The translations under genes were made by a program, and so were the position numbers. The notes under the pieces were generated by a model. The model did no database searches and was not told the origin of the DNA. It saw only the letters and a list, made by a program, of their open reading frames with translations. 32,000 nt of DNA from NCBI GenBank assembly GCA_963699255.1, contig OY969425.1, forward strand, positions 630,001 to 662,000. Direction: 5' to 3'. This document shows positions 1-9,023 of the stretch, piece after piece; position 1 is the stretch's first letter, and the number at the start of each line of letters is the position of its first letter. This DNA is from an uncultured bacterium. GTDB lineage: Bacteria; Margulisbacteria; WOR-1; CAVSGV01.

Positions 1-452
1 CCTAGAACATTCGCCATCTCTATGGCGGACATGGCTGCCGCAAAACCCTTGTTGCCGGGCTTTGCTCCGGCTCTCTCAAGCGCCTGCTCCAGGTTGTCAG
101 TTGTAAGTATGCCGAATATTACCGGGACGCCCGAATCAAGCGATACCTTTGCGACGCCTTTCGCCGCTTCAGAAGCAACGTAATCAAAATGAGGCGTGCC
201 GCCCCTTATGACCGCGCCCAGACAGATAATAGCATTATACTTTTTTGCCGCGAGTTTCTTCGCGACGACCGGGATCTCAAAAGCCCCAGGAGCCCAAATG
301 ATATCTATTGATTCATCCCCCGCCCCGTGTCTTTTTAAACAGTCGAGTGCTCCGTCAAGAAGCCCCTTCGATACCAGATCGTTGAACCTGCTCACTATGA
401 CCGCGAATTTCAGCCCCGATGCGTCTAACTTGCCCTCGATTGTTTTTCCCAT
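1..452 (-). CDS. ribH: 6,7-dimethyl-8-ribityllumazine synthase, 3' end cut by window edge
   Basis: Manual minus-strand translation from ATG at 452: [43 protein letters not shown]...[17 protein letters not shown]...[56 protein letters not shown]; classic RibH motifs. Confidence 0.96.
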   Translation of the reverse strand, partial: MGKTIEGKLDASGLKFAVIVSRFNDLVSKGLLDGALDCLKRHGAGDESIDIIWAPGAFEIPVVAKKLAAKKYNAIICLGAVIRGGTPHFDYVASEAAKGVAKVSLDSGVPVIFGILTTDNLEQALERAGAKPGNKGFAAAMSAIEMANVL

Positions 453-1687
453 GCCCCCTGCCTCCCTTTCAGATCTCCCTTATTAAATGAGAGAATATGA
501 CCAAGCCTTTTTGACTTTGTCCTGAGATACCTAATATTATGCTTATTTGGAATAATTTCAAGCGGAATTCTCTGCGTAACGGTCAATCCGTAGCCCTCCA
601 GCCCGACGATCTTTCTAGGATTGTTCGTTATCAGCTTGATAGACGAAAGACCGAGATCCGCCAGGATCTGCGCGCCGATCCCATAATCCCTCAGGTCGGC
701 TTTATAGCCCAGGTCCTCGTTCGCCTCCACGGTGTCCCTGCCTTTATCCTGTAATTCATATGCCTTCAATTTTCCCAGCAGCCCGATGCCCCTGCCCTCC
801 TGCCTCATATAAAGAAGTACCCCCCTGTCGGCGCTGCCGATCATCTCCAGCGATCTGGACAGCTGTTCCCCGCAATCACACCTTAGCGAAGTAAAAACAT
901 CCCCCGTCAGGCATTCCGAATGCACTCTTACCAGGACATCCTTCTTTTTGCTGACGCTGCCTTTGACCAGGGCTATGTGATAATATCCTTCCAGTGTATC
1001 TTTGTAGCCGTGGAGCACAAAATCCCCGTATCTTGTAGGGAGTTTTGTCGTCGCGATCTTTTCTATCAGCTTTTCTTTTTTTATCCTGTATTTGATCAGA
1101 TCGGCTATGGTTATGATCTTGATCTTGTGCTTCTTTGAGAATTTCATCAGGTCGGGGGTCCTGGCCATTTTCCCGTCAGGCTTTATGATCTCGCATATTA
1201 CCCCCGCGGGCAAAAGCCCTGCGATGCGGGCCAGATCAACGGCTGCTTCCGTATGCCCCGCGCGTCTTATCGTGCCTCCAGGCATCGCCTTTAAGGGGAA
1301 AATATGCCCCGGCCTTACAAGATCGGACGGCCTGGATGACGGATTGATCAGAACCTCTATCGTCTTTGCCCTGTCTGAAGGAGAAATGCCTGTGGTAACA
1401 TCGAACTTCTTCGCGGCGTCAACTGAAACGGTGAACGCGGTCTTCATCAGTTCCGTGTTCTCGGAGACCATGGCCTTCAGGTCCAGCCTGTCTAGCTGTT
1501 CTTCCGTCATGGGGCAGCACACGAGGCCCTTTGCGTAAGATATCATGAAATTAATGGCGTTCGCGGTGACCTTTTCCGCGGCCATGACAAGGTCGCCTTC
1601 GTTCTCCCTGTCCCTGTCATCAAGCACGATGACCATCCTGCCGTTGGCGATATCTTTTGCTGCTTCTTCTATAGTATTGAATTTCAA
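425..1687 (-). CDS. ribBA: Bifunctional 3,4-dihydroxy-2-butanone-4-phosphate synthase / GTP cyclohydrolase II
   Basis: RibB motifs [12 protein letters not shown] and GHIFPL; RibA motifs [23 protein letters not shown] and [22 protein letters not shown] start overlaps the ribE stop. Confidence 0.96.
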   Translation of the reverse strand: MKFNTIEEAAKDIANGRMVIVLDDRDRENEGDLVMAAEKVTANAINFMISYAKGLVCCPMTEEQLDRLDLKAMVSENTELMKTAFTVSVDAAKKFDVTTGISPSDRAKTIEVLINPSSRPSDLVRPGHIFPLKAMPGGTIRRAGHTEAAVDLARIAGLLPAGVICEIIKPDGKMARTPDLMKFSKKHKIKIITIADLIKYRIKKEKLIEKIATTKLPTRYGDFVLHGYKDTLEGYYHIALVKGSVSKKKDVLVRVHSECLTGDVFTSLRCDCGEQLSRSLEMIGSADRGVLLYMRQEGRGIGLLGKLKAYELQDKGRDTVEANEDLGYKADLRDYGIGAQILADLGLSSIKLITNNPRKIVGLEGYGLTVTQRIPLEIIPNKHNIRYLRTKSKRLGHILSFNKGDLKGRQGAWEKQSRAS

Positions 1688-2346
1688 TTCAAGAACCCGG
1701 TCCTTTTCAGGAAATTTTCGTCGATCTTCGAGTCCCTGAAAGCCACCAGTGAACCGAAATCCCTTACCTTTATGAGATTCTCCAGGTATTTGGCGAGAAC
1801 ATCATATTCAAGGTTCACCCGATCGCCTATCTTCTTATGAAAAAGGTTCGTCATGAGCGCCGTGTGAGGGATCAATGCGACCCTGAACGATCCAGGGAAC
1901 AGGCGCGAAACCGTCAAACTTACGCCGTCAACGGCTATGGAACCTTTTTCGGTAACATATCTTTTTGAGCTTTCGGGCAGGTTTATCTCCATTTCCCTGT
2001 CGGCACCTCTGCTGACGATATCGGTTATAGTCGACCTGCAGTCCACGTGACCCTGGACAATGTGCCCGTTGAACCTTCCCGAAGCCGGCATAGCCCTCTC
2101 AAGGTTAACGAACTCCCCTGCTTTTAAATAGGTCAGGGATGTTCTCTGGAACGTTTCCTTTACGATGTCGGACTTAAAGGACGTCCTTGTATTTTCAGAT
2201 ACGGTCAGGCAGGCGCCGTTCACGCAGATGCTGTCTGAGGGTTTTACATCGGCTGAAAATCTTGAGCTGATAGTTATGATAGCCCTGTCCTTGAACCTTA
2301 TAAGGGATTCGACTTTGCCAAGATCTTCGATAATTCCTGTGAACAT
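1684..2346 (-). CDS. ribE: Riboflavin synthase alpha chain
   Basis: MFTGIIEDLGKV start, internal duplicated lumazine-binding domains (GVSLTV, GHIVQGHVD), operon context. Confidence 0.95.
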   Translation of the reverse strand: MFTGIIEDLGKVESLIRFKDRAIITISSRFSADVKPSDSICVNGACLTVSENTRTSFKSDIVKETFQRTSLTYLKAGEFVNLERAMPASGRFNGHIVQGHVDCRSTITDIVSRGADREMEINLPESSKRYVTEKGSIAVDGVSLTVSRLFPGSFRVALIPHTALMTNLFHKKIGDRVNLEYDVLAKYLENLIKVRDFGSLVAFRDSKIDENFLKRTGFLN

Positions 2347-2353
2347 AGAAGTG

Positions 2354-2741
2354 TTATTCTACCACAGCGGAGCCTAATATTCCATTTATGAATTTTGCGG
2401 ATTCCTCGTCAGAATATCTTTTTGCAAGCTCAAGCGCCTCATTTATAACGACCGGCCCCGGAGTGTCTTTTTCATAGATCAGTTCATACAGCGCCAGTTT
2501 TAATATGCTCATGTTGACGATATTTATCCTGTCGATAGACCAGTTCTTTGACAGGTCAGCGACCTTCTTGTCCAGAGCGACCTTGTTGACCTGTACGCCT
2601 CTGGCAAGTTGTCTCGCGAATGTTTTGGCTTCTTCGGTGACGCCATCTTCGAACAAATTATCGAGCGATCGATCGATGTCTGTTCCGGAGATATCCGACT
2701 GGTAGATCGCCTGCATTGCGAGGCGTCTTGCTGTGGATCTT

Positions 2742-2749
<8 letters not shown>
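2354..2749 (-). CDS. nusB: Transcription antitermination factor NusB
   Basis: [19 protein letters not shown] ... [16 protein letters not shown] ... [30 protein letters not shown]. Confidence 0.94.
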
Positions 2750-4094
<1,345 letters not shown>

Positions 4095-4147
4095 TAATGA
4101 ATCTCCCTCTAATCAAATTCTGGGGGATCATCGGAACGAAGGTCCAT

Positions 4148-4182
4148 ATTATAGCATACACGCATGACAACTGCAACTGTCA
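4148..4182 (-). promoter_or_regulatory. Candidate sigma70-type promoter for accC operon, overlapped by an 18-bp dyad
   Basis: Minus strand: -35 TTGCAG (4176-4171), 17-nt spacer, -10 TATAAT (4153-4148). Dyad TGACAACTGCAACTGTCA at 4165-4182 (TGACA-N2-TGCA-N2-TGTCA). Confidence 0.6.
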
Positions 4183-4251
4183 AAACTCCTTGACATTAGG
4201 TCTCAAATATTGTTTACTATGCCCTGTTTTCAAGATACAGGAGGTGGAAAA

Positions 4252-4410
4252 ATGAGAAAGAGCGGATTGACCAATCTGGTCGTGTCATTCAAAGGAAGAA
4301 AAGAGACCCTGGAAAAAGTATTCGGGACCAAACCGATCCCCGTAACAAAGATGACCAAGAATTTGTGGAACATCGTAAAGAAGTTCAAGCTGTTGAAGAG
4401 GAAAAAATAA
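4252..4410 (+). CDS. Small basic protein (52 aa), possible truncated SWIB-like fold
   Basis: ATG at 4252 preceded by AGGAGG (4239-4244) and upstream TTGACA (4190). MRKSGLTNLVVSFKGRKETLEKVFGTKPIPVTKMTKNLWNIVKKFKLLKRKK; the TK-x-LW-x-IVKKFKL segment resembles the SWIB core (weak, inferred). Track ORF begins at 4210 but the SD supports 4252. Confidence 0.65.
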   Translation: MRKSGLTNLVVSFKGRKETLEKVFGTKPIPVTKMTKNLWNIVKKFKLLKRKK

Positions 4411-4435
4411 TCGGCCTTTAGACAAGGCTCTTTTC
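4411..4435 (+). terminator. Short hairpin followed by T-rich run
   Basis: GCCTT (4414-4418) / AAGGC (4424-4428), then TCTTTTCTC, just after the TAA of the 52-aa ORF. Confidence 0.5.
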
Positions 4436-4536
4436 TCTCATCCATCTGCGAACGGTCGGATTGTATCCAAAATGTGATCCTCGCTCAAAACATATCACGC
4501 ATGATCGCGTTTTTTAAGTTATAATAAATACACCAT

Positions 4537-5320
4537 ATGATAAAAAACATAATAATTTTTATCCTGCTTGTTGCCGTGATCCTTGTTTCCGCTTTCGCGG
4601 GATATACATATTATAATAACCATGTTGCCTCCCTTAAGGAGAACCAGCCGCTGTCAGGCACGATACTGTGGCACGGCAGCAAAGATTCTTCCGGAGATCG
4701 CGTTGACCTTTGACGACGGGCCGTCATCGCAGGCCACCCCCAGGATCCTGGACATATTAAGGGATAATGATGTCAAGGTGACATTCTTTGTTGTGGGGAA
4801 GTTCATTGAAAAGAACAAGGACGTCCTGAAGCGCGAAGCCGATGAAGGCCACACCATCGGCAACCACACATTTTCCCACGCGAAAGGGACCATCACGGAC
4901 ATCAGCAAGATCAAAAGCGAACTTGTAAAGACCGATCAGCTGATCGCACGATATTCCGGCGAAAACGGAAAACCTGTAAAATACTTCCGTCCTCCTTTCG
5001 GGTTCGAGAACTGGAGGTTCCTGGCGGAGTCCGAGCTTCTGGATTACACTGTGGTGCTCTGGAGCCTGGATGTTGGCGACTGGAACAAAAAGAAGACCCA
5101 GAAGGATATAACATCAAAGATATTCAAACTCGCCAAGAACGGATCGATAATACTTCTTCACGACGGAGGTACAAGCCGGGAAGCCGTGATAAGCTCTTTG
5201 CCGGTGATAATAAAAGGATTAAGGAGCAGGGGTTACAAGTTCGTGACCATAGACGAGATGATAGCCCACAGGACCCAGCCCCGGCCGGAGCTATTGAATT
5301 TCAAAGCAATCAGTAAATGA
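4537..5320 (+). CDS. Membrane-anchored polysaccharide deacetylase (NodB homology), with apparent frameshift near 4681
   Basis: PEIALTFDDGPSSQATPRILDIL, GHTIGNHTFSH, YFRPPFG motifs in the 4583-5320 frame. A hydrophobic N-terminus MIKNIIIFILLVAVILVSAFAGYTYYNN...LSGTILWHGSK is in the other frame from 4537. Confidence 0.9.
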
Positions 5321-5363
5321 CAAATCTCAAAAATGGATTTATAATTATCCGGTCTTTGAAAGT

Positions 5364-5435
5364 GCGGGCTTAGTTCAGCGGTAGAATGTCTGCTTCCCAA
5401 GCAGAAGGTCGTGGGTTCGAATCCCATAGCCCGCT
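5364..5435 (+). tRNA. tRNA-Gly (anticodon CCC)
   Basis: Acceptor GCGGGCT/AGCCCGC, anticodon stem TCTGC/GCAGA around loop TTCCCAA, T-arm GTGGGTTCGAATCCCAT; CCA not encoded. Confidence 0.95.
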
Positions 5436-5440
5436 TTTTT

Positions 5441-5630
5441 GATTCCCAAGCGAGAGGGTCCGAGATAATTTCGTCATACATTGATTATATTATGCGCAGG
5501 CAGACGAAATTATCGAGCAGGGTTCGAATCCCGTCTCCCGCTCATAAACTTATTGATTCCCAAGCGAGAGGGTCCGAGATAATTTTGTCTTACATTGATC
5601 ATATTAAGCGTAGGCAGATGAAATAATGAG
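5441..5630 (+). repeat. Tandem repeat (period 114 nt, about 1.7 copies) with tRNA-Gly-like fragments and an internal inverted repeat
   Basis: GATTCCCAAGCGAGAGGGTCCGAGATAATTT begins at 5441 and 5555. Copy 1 carries 12-bp perfect arms GATAATTTCGTC (5464-5475)/GACGAAATTATC (5503-5514) and ends in a T-arm-like GCAGGGTTCGAATCCCGTCTCCCGC (5517-5541). Confidence 0.9.
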
Positions 5631-5644
5631 GCGTCAAGTTGTTG

Positions 5645-5689
5645 ATATATGCTATTTGATTGTTATGAATAGCATATATTTGTTATAAT
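5645..5689 (+). promoter_or_regulatory. Candidate promoter with operator-like palindrome, potentially leaderless
   Basis: Perfect 12-bp inverted repeat ATATATGCTATT (5645-5656)/AATAGCATATAT (5668-5679); -35-like TTGTTA (5660-5665), 18-nt spacer, -10 TATAAT (5684-5689), ATG at 5696 with no SD. Confidence 0.6.
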
Positions 5690-5695
5690 TAATAT

Positions 5696-6562
5696 ATGTC
5701 AAAAGATTCCCTCGAAAACCTTAAAGATTCCATAGAAAAATCTGGATTCCCGTTAGAAATGCGTATAGGTGAAATGTTAACTGCTAATGAATGGCACGTA
5801 GACCATGATGCTCACTACTATGATTATGATGAATATAAATTTAGAGAGCTTGACATTAAGGCTTTTAAGTATATCGAGGGCATAGATTTTAATCTATATA
5901 TTTCCTGTAAGCAGAGTGCTGATAGAACCTGGGTATTTTTTTCTCCCAAATCCACCCCGTCATTGCTATCTAATAATTTAAAATATCTACCTGATACTTC
6001 CCCAACAAAAGGCAATCTATTAGCAAAGCTTCTTAGTTTTGCTGAACAGTCAATATTTTCAAAATATTTTAAAATGAATGACGCAATTTCATTAAAACAT
6101 GCATTATTTAAGGGTAACAAAACTATTGATGATTCAGATATCAGAAGTGCTCTGTTTAGTGCTACAAAAGCATTGTTTTCTGATAATCTAGGAATATTGG
6201 GAACTAAGTTTAGAAGAATTAATATCCCTATTATTATTTATGAAGGGAAATTGTTTGTTTATTCATATGACAAAAAACTCTCAGAAGTTAGAAGTTTGCG
6301 TTATTTACATTTTTGCCCTATTACTAACTTTCAAGCTTTTAAGGATTATGAAAATATAGGCAAATTATCTGATATATGGGGATCTAGGTATTTAGTTGAA
6401 ATTATGAACACTGACGTAATCTTAGATTATATTAATAAAATTGAATCGTTTGCTAAAGAATTGTCAAAAGAGGACTTGTCAGTATGGGGGAACCCTTTTG
6501 TTACTCTAAAGAGTATTATGCCAGATCCTATTAATAACAAAGATCCTAGTGATAATAAGTAA
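5696..6562 (+). CDS. Uncharacterised protein with PD-(D/E)XK nuclease-like N-terminal region
   Basis: Pattern SGFPLEMRIGEML...WHVDHDAHYYDYDEYKFRELDIKA...FNLYISCKQSADRTWVFFSP resembles the E-D-(D/E/Q)xK arrangement of restriction-like nucleases. Family call is inferred. Confidence 0.6.
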   Translation: MSKDSLENLKDSIEKSGFPLEMRIGEMLTANEWHVDHDAHYYDYDEYKFRELDIKAFKYIEGIDFNLYISCKQSADRTWVFFSPKSTPSLLSNNLKYLPDTSPTKGNLLAKLLSFAEQSIFSKYFKMNDAISLKHALFKGNKTIDDSDIRSALFSATKALFSDNLGILGTKFRRINIPIIIYEGKLFVYSYDKKLSEVRSLRYLHFCPITNFQAFKDYENIGKLSDIWGSRYLVEIMNTDVILDYINKIESFAKELSKEDLSVWGNPFVTLKSIMPDPINNKDPSDNK

Positions 6563-6656
6563 ATATTTTCTCTTATTATCAAGCCTCCTATAGATCGTCT
6601 TAATCTTTTTCCTGAGTTATTTAGTCCGGTAGATTATTTATTAAACTTATTAAATA

Positions 6657-7507
6657 TTAAAAGTAAAACTTATATTTATAATATAGTCCAGCACTTGCCA
6701 ATGTAAAGTCTATTCCACTTTCAGAACCGCTTCCATTCTTAATAATGTATCCAATTTCTGATGAAATAGGCTTAATCTCTGCGAATACTTGATAACCGAC
6801 GCCAGCTGTTATAGCGGGCATACTAGTTCCCGGAGCTGACCAAGTCCATAATGAATAGTTTACTCCAGCACCTATCAATAGGTTTTCATTCGCCTTAAAT
6901 TTTAAATTTAAACTTATTGGAAATGAAGAAACCGAAGTTTTTGTCCCCGCGGCATTATCAAATGACCCATAAGTGCGTAATAAGCTTATTGAAAAGTCAG
7001 TGTAAATCCCTTCACTTAGCTTCCCAGCATAGAACCAATCTAAATCAAGTTGTGTTCCAAGGTCAAGTGTTTGAGATGTCCCCATCCCACTTATAGTATA
7101 GTTGGTATTATCAGCTCCAATGCTTAGCCCCCAACCAGTTCCCCATTCATTTTTTACTGCTTCGTTTTGCTCTTTTCCTTTTTCCTTATTTGAAACATCT
7201 TTCTTAATAGATGTATTATTTTTTGCCTTGAGTTCATAAGATACCGCAACAGTGGAAATTTCCTTTGCAATGACTGCAATCTGTTCATTGTAAAGTGGGG
7301 TTCATCTTTCAAATTTACTACAACATTATGCATGCCCTCTATTATCTTTGTCGTTGTTGTTCCAGTGCCTACCTGTATACCATCGATAATTATTTCACAA
7401 TCTTCAGTTGGAGGCAGAACCTTTATTGTGCCATATTCTTGAGCGTAAACTGGGAGAGTAATTGAGGCAAACAGGAGGATAACAACAAACATAAGCAATT
7501 GCTTCAT
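6657..7507 (-). CDS. PEGA-domain/outer-membrane beta-barrel-type protein, split by an apparent frameshift near 7292
   Basis: N-part (7154-7507): signal peptide MKQLLMFVVILLFASITLPVYAQ then YGTIKVLPPTEDCEIIIDGIQVGTG. C-part frame is open upstream of its listed ATG: YNEQIAVIAKEISTVAVSYELKAKNNTSIKK...WGTGWGLSIGADN..., ending in alternating beta-strand repeats and YYKYKFYF. Confidence 0.65.
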
Positions 7508-7652
7508 TTAAAACACCTCAAAATGAGTGTATCACTGCCCAAACATTAATCAATTGCTTTTATGCAATTTAAGGTTGGCGATAGTGATTATTTCATGCCC
7601 TCGCCAGCCCCTTATAGATCGCCTTAATCTTTTTCATCCCCTGTTCCGCTCC

Positions 7653-7692
7653 AAAAAAAAGAGGCCCGGTTCGTGTGAACGGGACCTCTTTA
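7653..7692 (-). terminator. Rho-independent terminator for the 7709-8086 gene
   Basis: Minus-strand AAAGAGGTCCCGTTCACACGAACCGGGCCTCTTT followed by TTTTTTTT. Confidence 0.85.
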
Positions 7693-7708
7693 ATGAAAGC
7701 AAACTGAA

Positions 7709-8086
7709 CTAGAACATAAATCCGCCGTGGATCTCAGGAATTACCCATATGAACCCGCCGCCGAGATAGAGACCGTTATTCCAGACATAATCCGCGCCGA
7801 TGCCGAGATAAGGGATGATTATCGCTATCGTACCGGCAGCAAAATAAGGATTGAACTGATTCGTCTTGACCGGATTGAAAAATCTTTTGTAAGAAACGCC
7901 GAGCCCCAGGTTGATCCCAAGATCGCTGATAGTCGGCGCCGGCTCGTTGTTAATCATGTTCGGGTTAAGCCACCCCAGCGCCGGAAAATCCAGCCCTATT
8001 GAATTCCTTTTCCCGGTAAGCGTATAGCATAAAGCGGAGCCGGAAAATAACATCAGCACCAGAGCAAGCAAAATTAATTTCTTCAT
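7709..8086 (-). CDS. Small secreted or outer-membrane protein, hypothetical
   Basis: Signal peptide MKKLILLALVLMLFSGSALC, glycine/aromatic-rich beta-like segments, preferred start at M20 of the track ORF. Confidence 0.6.
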   Translation of the reverse strand: MKKLILLALVLMLFSGSALCYTLTGKRNSIGLDFPALGWLNPNMINNEPAPTISDLGINLGLGVSYKRFFNPVKTNQFNPYFAAGTIAIIIPYLGIGADYVWNNGLYLGGGFIWVIPEIHGGFMF

Positions 8087-8147
8087 TACTTCCACCCCCT
8101 TTGTTGGTCCAATTCTACTCCAACAATATCCTGAAACAAGCAAGCAT

Positions 8148-8573
8148 TCATCTCAATTTTGCCTTATACCCGCAAGTCTCGAATAGAGCCGGCTCATCGA
8201 AGAAATCCACAAGGGGATAATTCCTGCATACATTTGGGCGCCATTTATAAACTCCGCATGTGCCGTCCGGACGCACACTTTTGCAGCCGAAAACCAGATA
8301 ATTAGGGTCGTATTCGATGCGTTTCAGATGAAAGCCCATCACCCAGGATGTCCACCTGACCACCAGTTCGCGGGTGAATATGTTCGAGAGCAGCCTCGGG
8401 TTGATCGCCAGCTTTATATCCTGGCAGCATTTGCCGCATTTATTGCACTTCCCTACCAGGACACATCTTGTCCTGAACGGCTTTTTGACAAGATTGGTAA
8501 CATAATTATCGGCGAGCATTATCAACAGGACCAGTTTACGGATCATGCCATTATTATAAAACCTTGAAAACAT
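8148..8573 (-). CDS. YkgJ-family cysteine cluster protein
   Basis: CNKCGKCCQDIKLA ... FGCKSVRPDGTCGVYKWRPNVCRNYPLV. Start likely MFSRFYNN at 8573, because the longer track ORF runs through a tRNA-like remnant. Confidence 0.8.
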   Translation of the reverse strand: MFSRFYNNGMIRKLVLLIMLADNYVTNLVKKPFRTRCVLVGKCNKCGKCCQDIKLAINPRLLSNIFTRELVVRWTSWVMGFHLKRIEYDPNYLVFGCKSVRPDGTCGVYKWRPNVCRNYPLVDFFDEPALFETCGYKAKLR

Positions 8574-8609
8574 ATTTGCATCATGAGATAATTTTACTTC
8601 GTTGCAAGC

Positions 8610-8650
8610 GGCGCAGTAGCCCCGCCAGAGGCGGGCAAGCAAGCGGTAAG
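8610..8650 (+). pseudogene. Partial tRNA-Cys 5' duplicate interrupted by a short palindrome
   Basis: GGCGCAGTAGCC (8610-8621) then CCGCCAGAGGCGGGCAAG then CAAGCGGTAAG; matches the 5' part of the intact tRNA-Cys at 8662. Confidence 0.75.
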
Positions 8651-8661
8651 TATGCAATCAG

Positions 8662-8736
8662 GGCGCAGTAGCCAAGCGGTAAGGCAACTGTCTGCAAAAC
8701 AGTTATACGCCGGTTCGATTCCGGCCTGCGCCTCCA
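8662..8736 (+). tRNA. tRNA-Cys (anticodon GCA)
   Basis: GGCGCAG/CTGCGCC acceptor, U discriminator, encoded CCA, anticodon arm ACTGT-CTGCAAA-ACAGT, T-arm GCCGGTTCGATTCCGGC. Confidence 0.95.
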
Positions 8737-8858
8737 ACCCGATCTTCGATCAGGTAATGACAAATGACCAATGACAAATGTCAGATTTTGGGGATTAGGA
8801 TTTTGGATATCATTTGTAAATTAGGATTTGTTCATTGGAAATTGCACCGAAGGCGCCA

Positions 8859-8933
8859 GGGCAGTTAGTTCAGTGGTAGAACGCTTCGTTGACACCGAAG
8901 AGGTCAGAGGTTCAATCCCTCTACTGCCCACCA
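8859..8933 (+). tRNA. tRNA-Val (anticodon GAC)
   Basis: GGGCAGT/ACTGCCC acceptor, encoded CCA, anticodon arm CTTCG-TTGACAC-CGAAG, T-arm AGAGGTTCAATCCCTCT. Confidence 0.95.
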
Positions 8934-8936
8934 TAG

Positions 8937-8953
8937 CCCCGACTCCGTCGGGG
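8937..8953. terminator. Compact hairpin after tRNA-Val
   Basis: CCCCGAC-TCC-GTCGGGG perfect 7-bp stem. Confidence 0.45.
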
Positions 8954-9023
8954 AAATCCCAATGACCAAATTCCAAACCCCAAACAAATTCAAATATTCA
9001 GGATCACAAAATCATCTGGAAGA

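Noticed and set aside
5411-5626. 71-aa ORF MGSNPIARFFDSQARGSEIISSYIDYIMRRQTKLSS...
   Set aside because: It starts inside tRNA-Gly and simply translates the tRNA T-arm and tandem hairpin repeat; not a credible protein.
5441-5630. CRISPR-like direct repeats
   Set aside because: Only about two units with a 114-nt period, no spacers and no cas genes.
5436-7700. Complete mobile element or phage island at tRNA-Gly
   Set aside because: No integrase, recombinase, transposase or clear att pair found; kept only as a possible accessory patch.
8581-8763. ORF containing RRPESNRR...
   Set aside because: Antisense translation through tRNA-Cys; an artefact.
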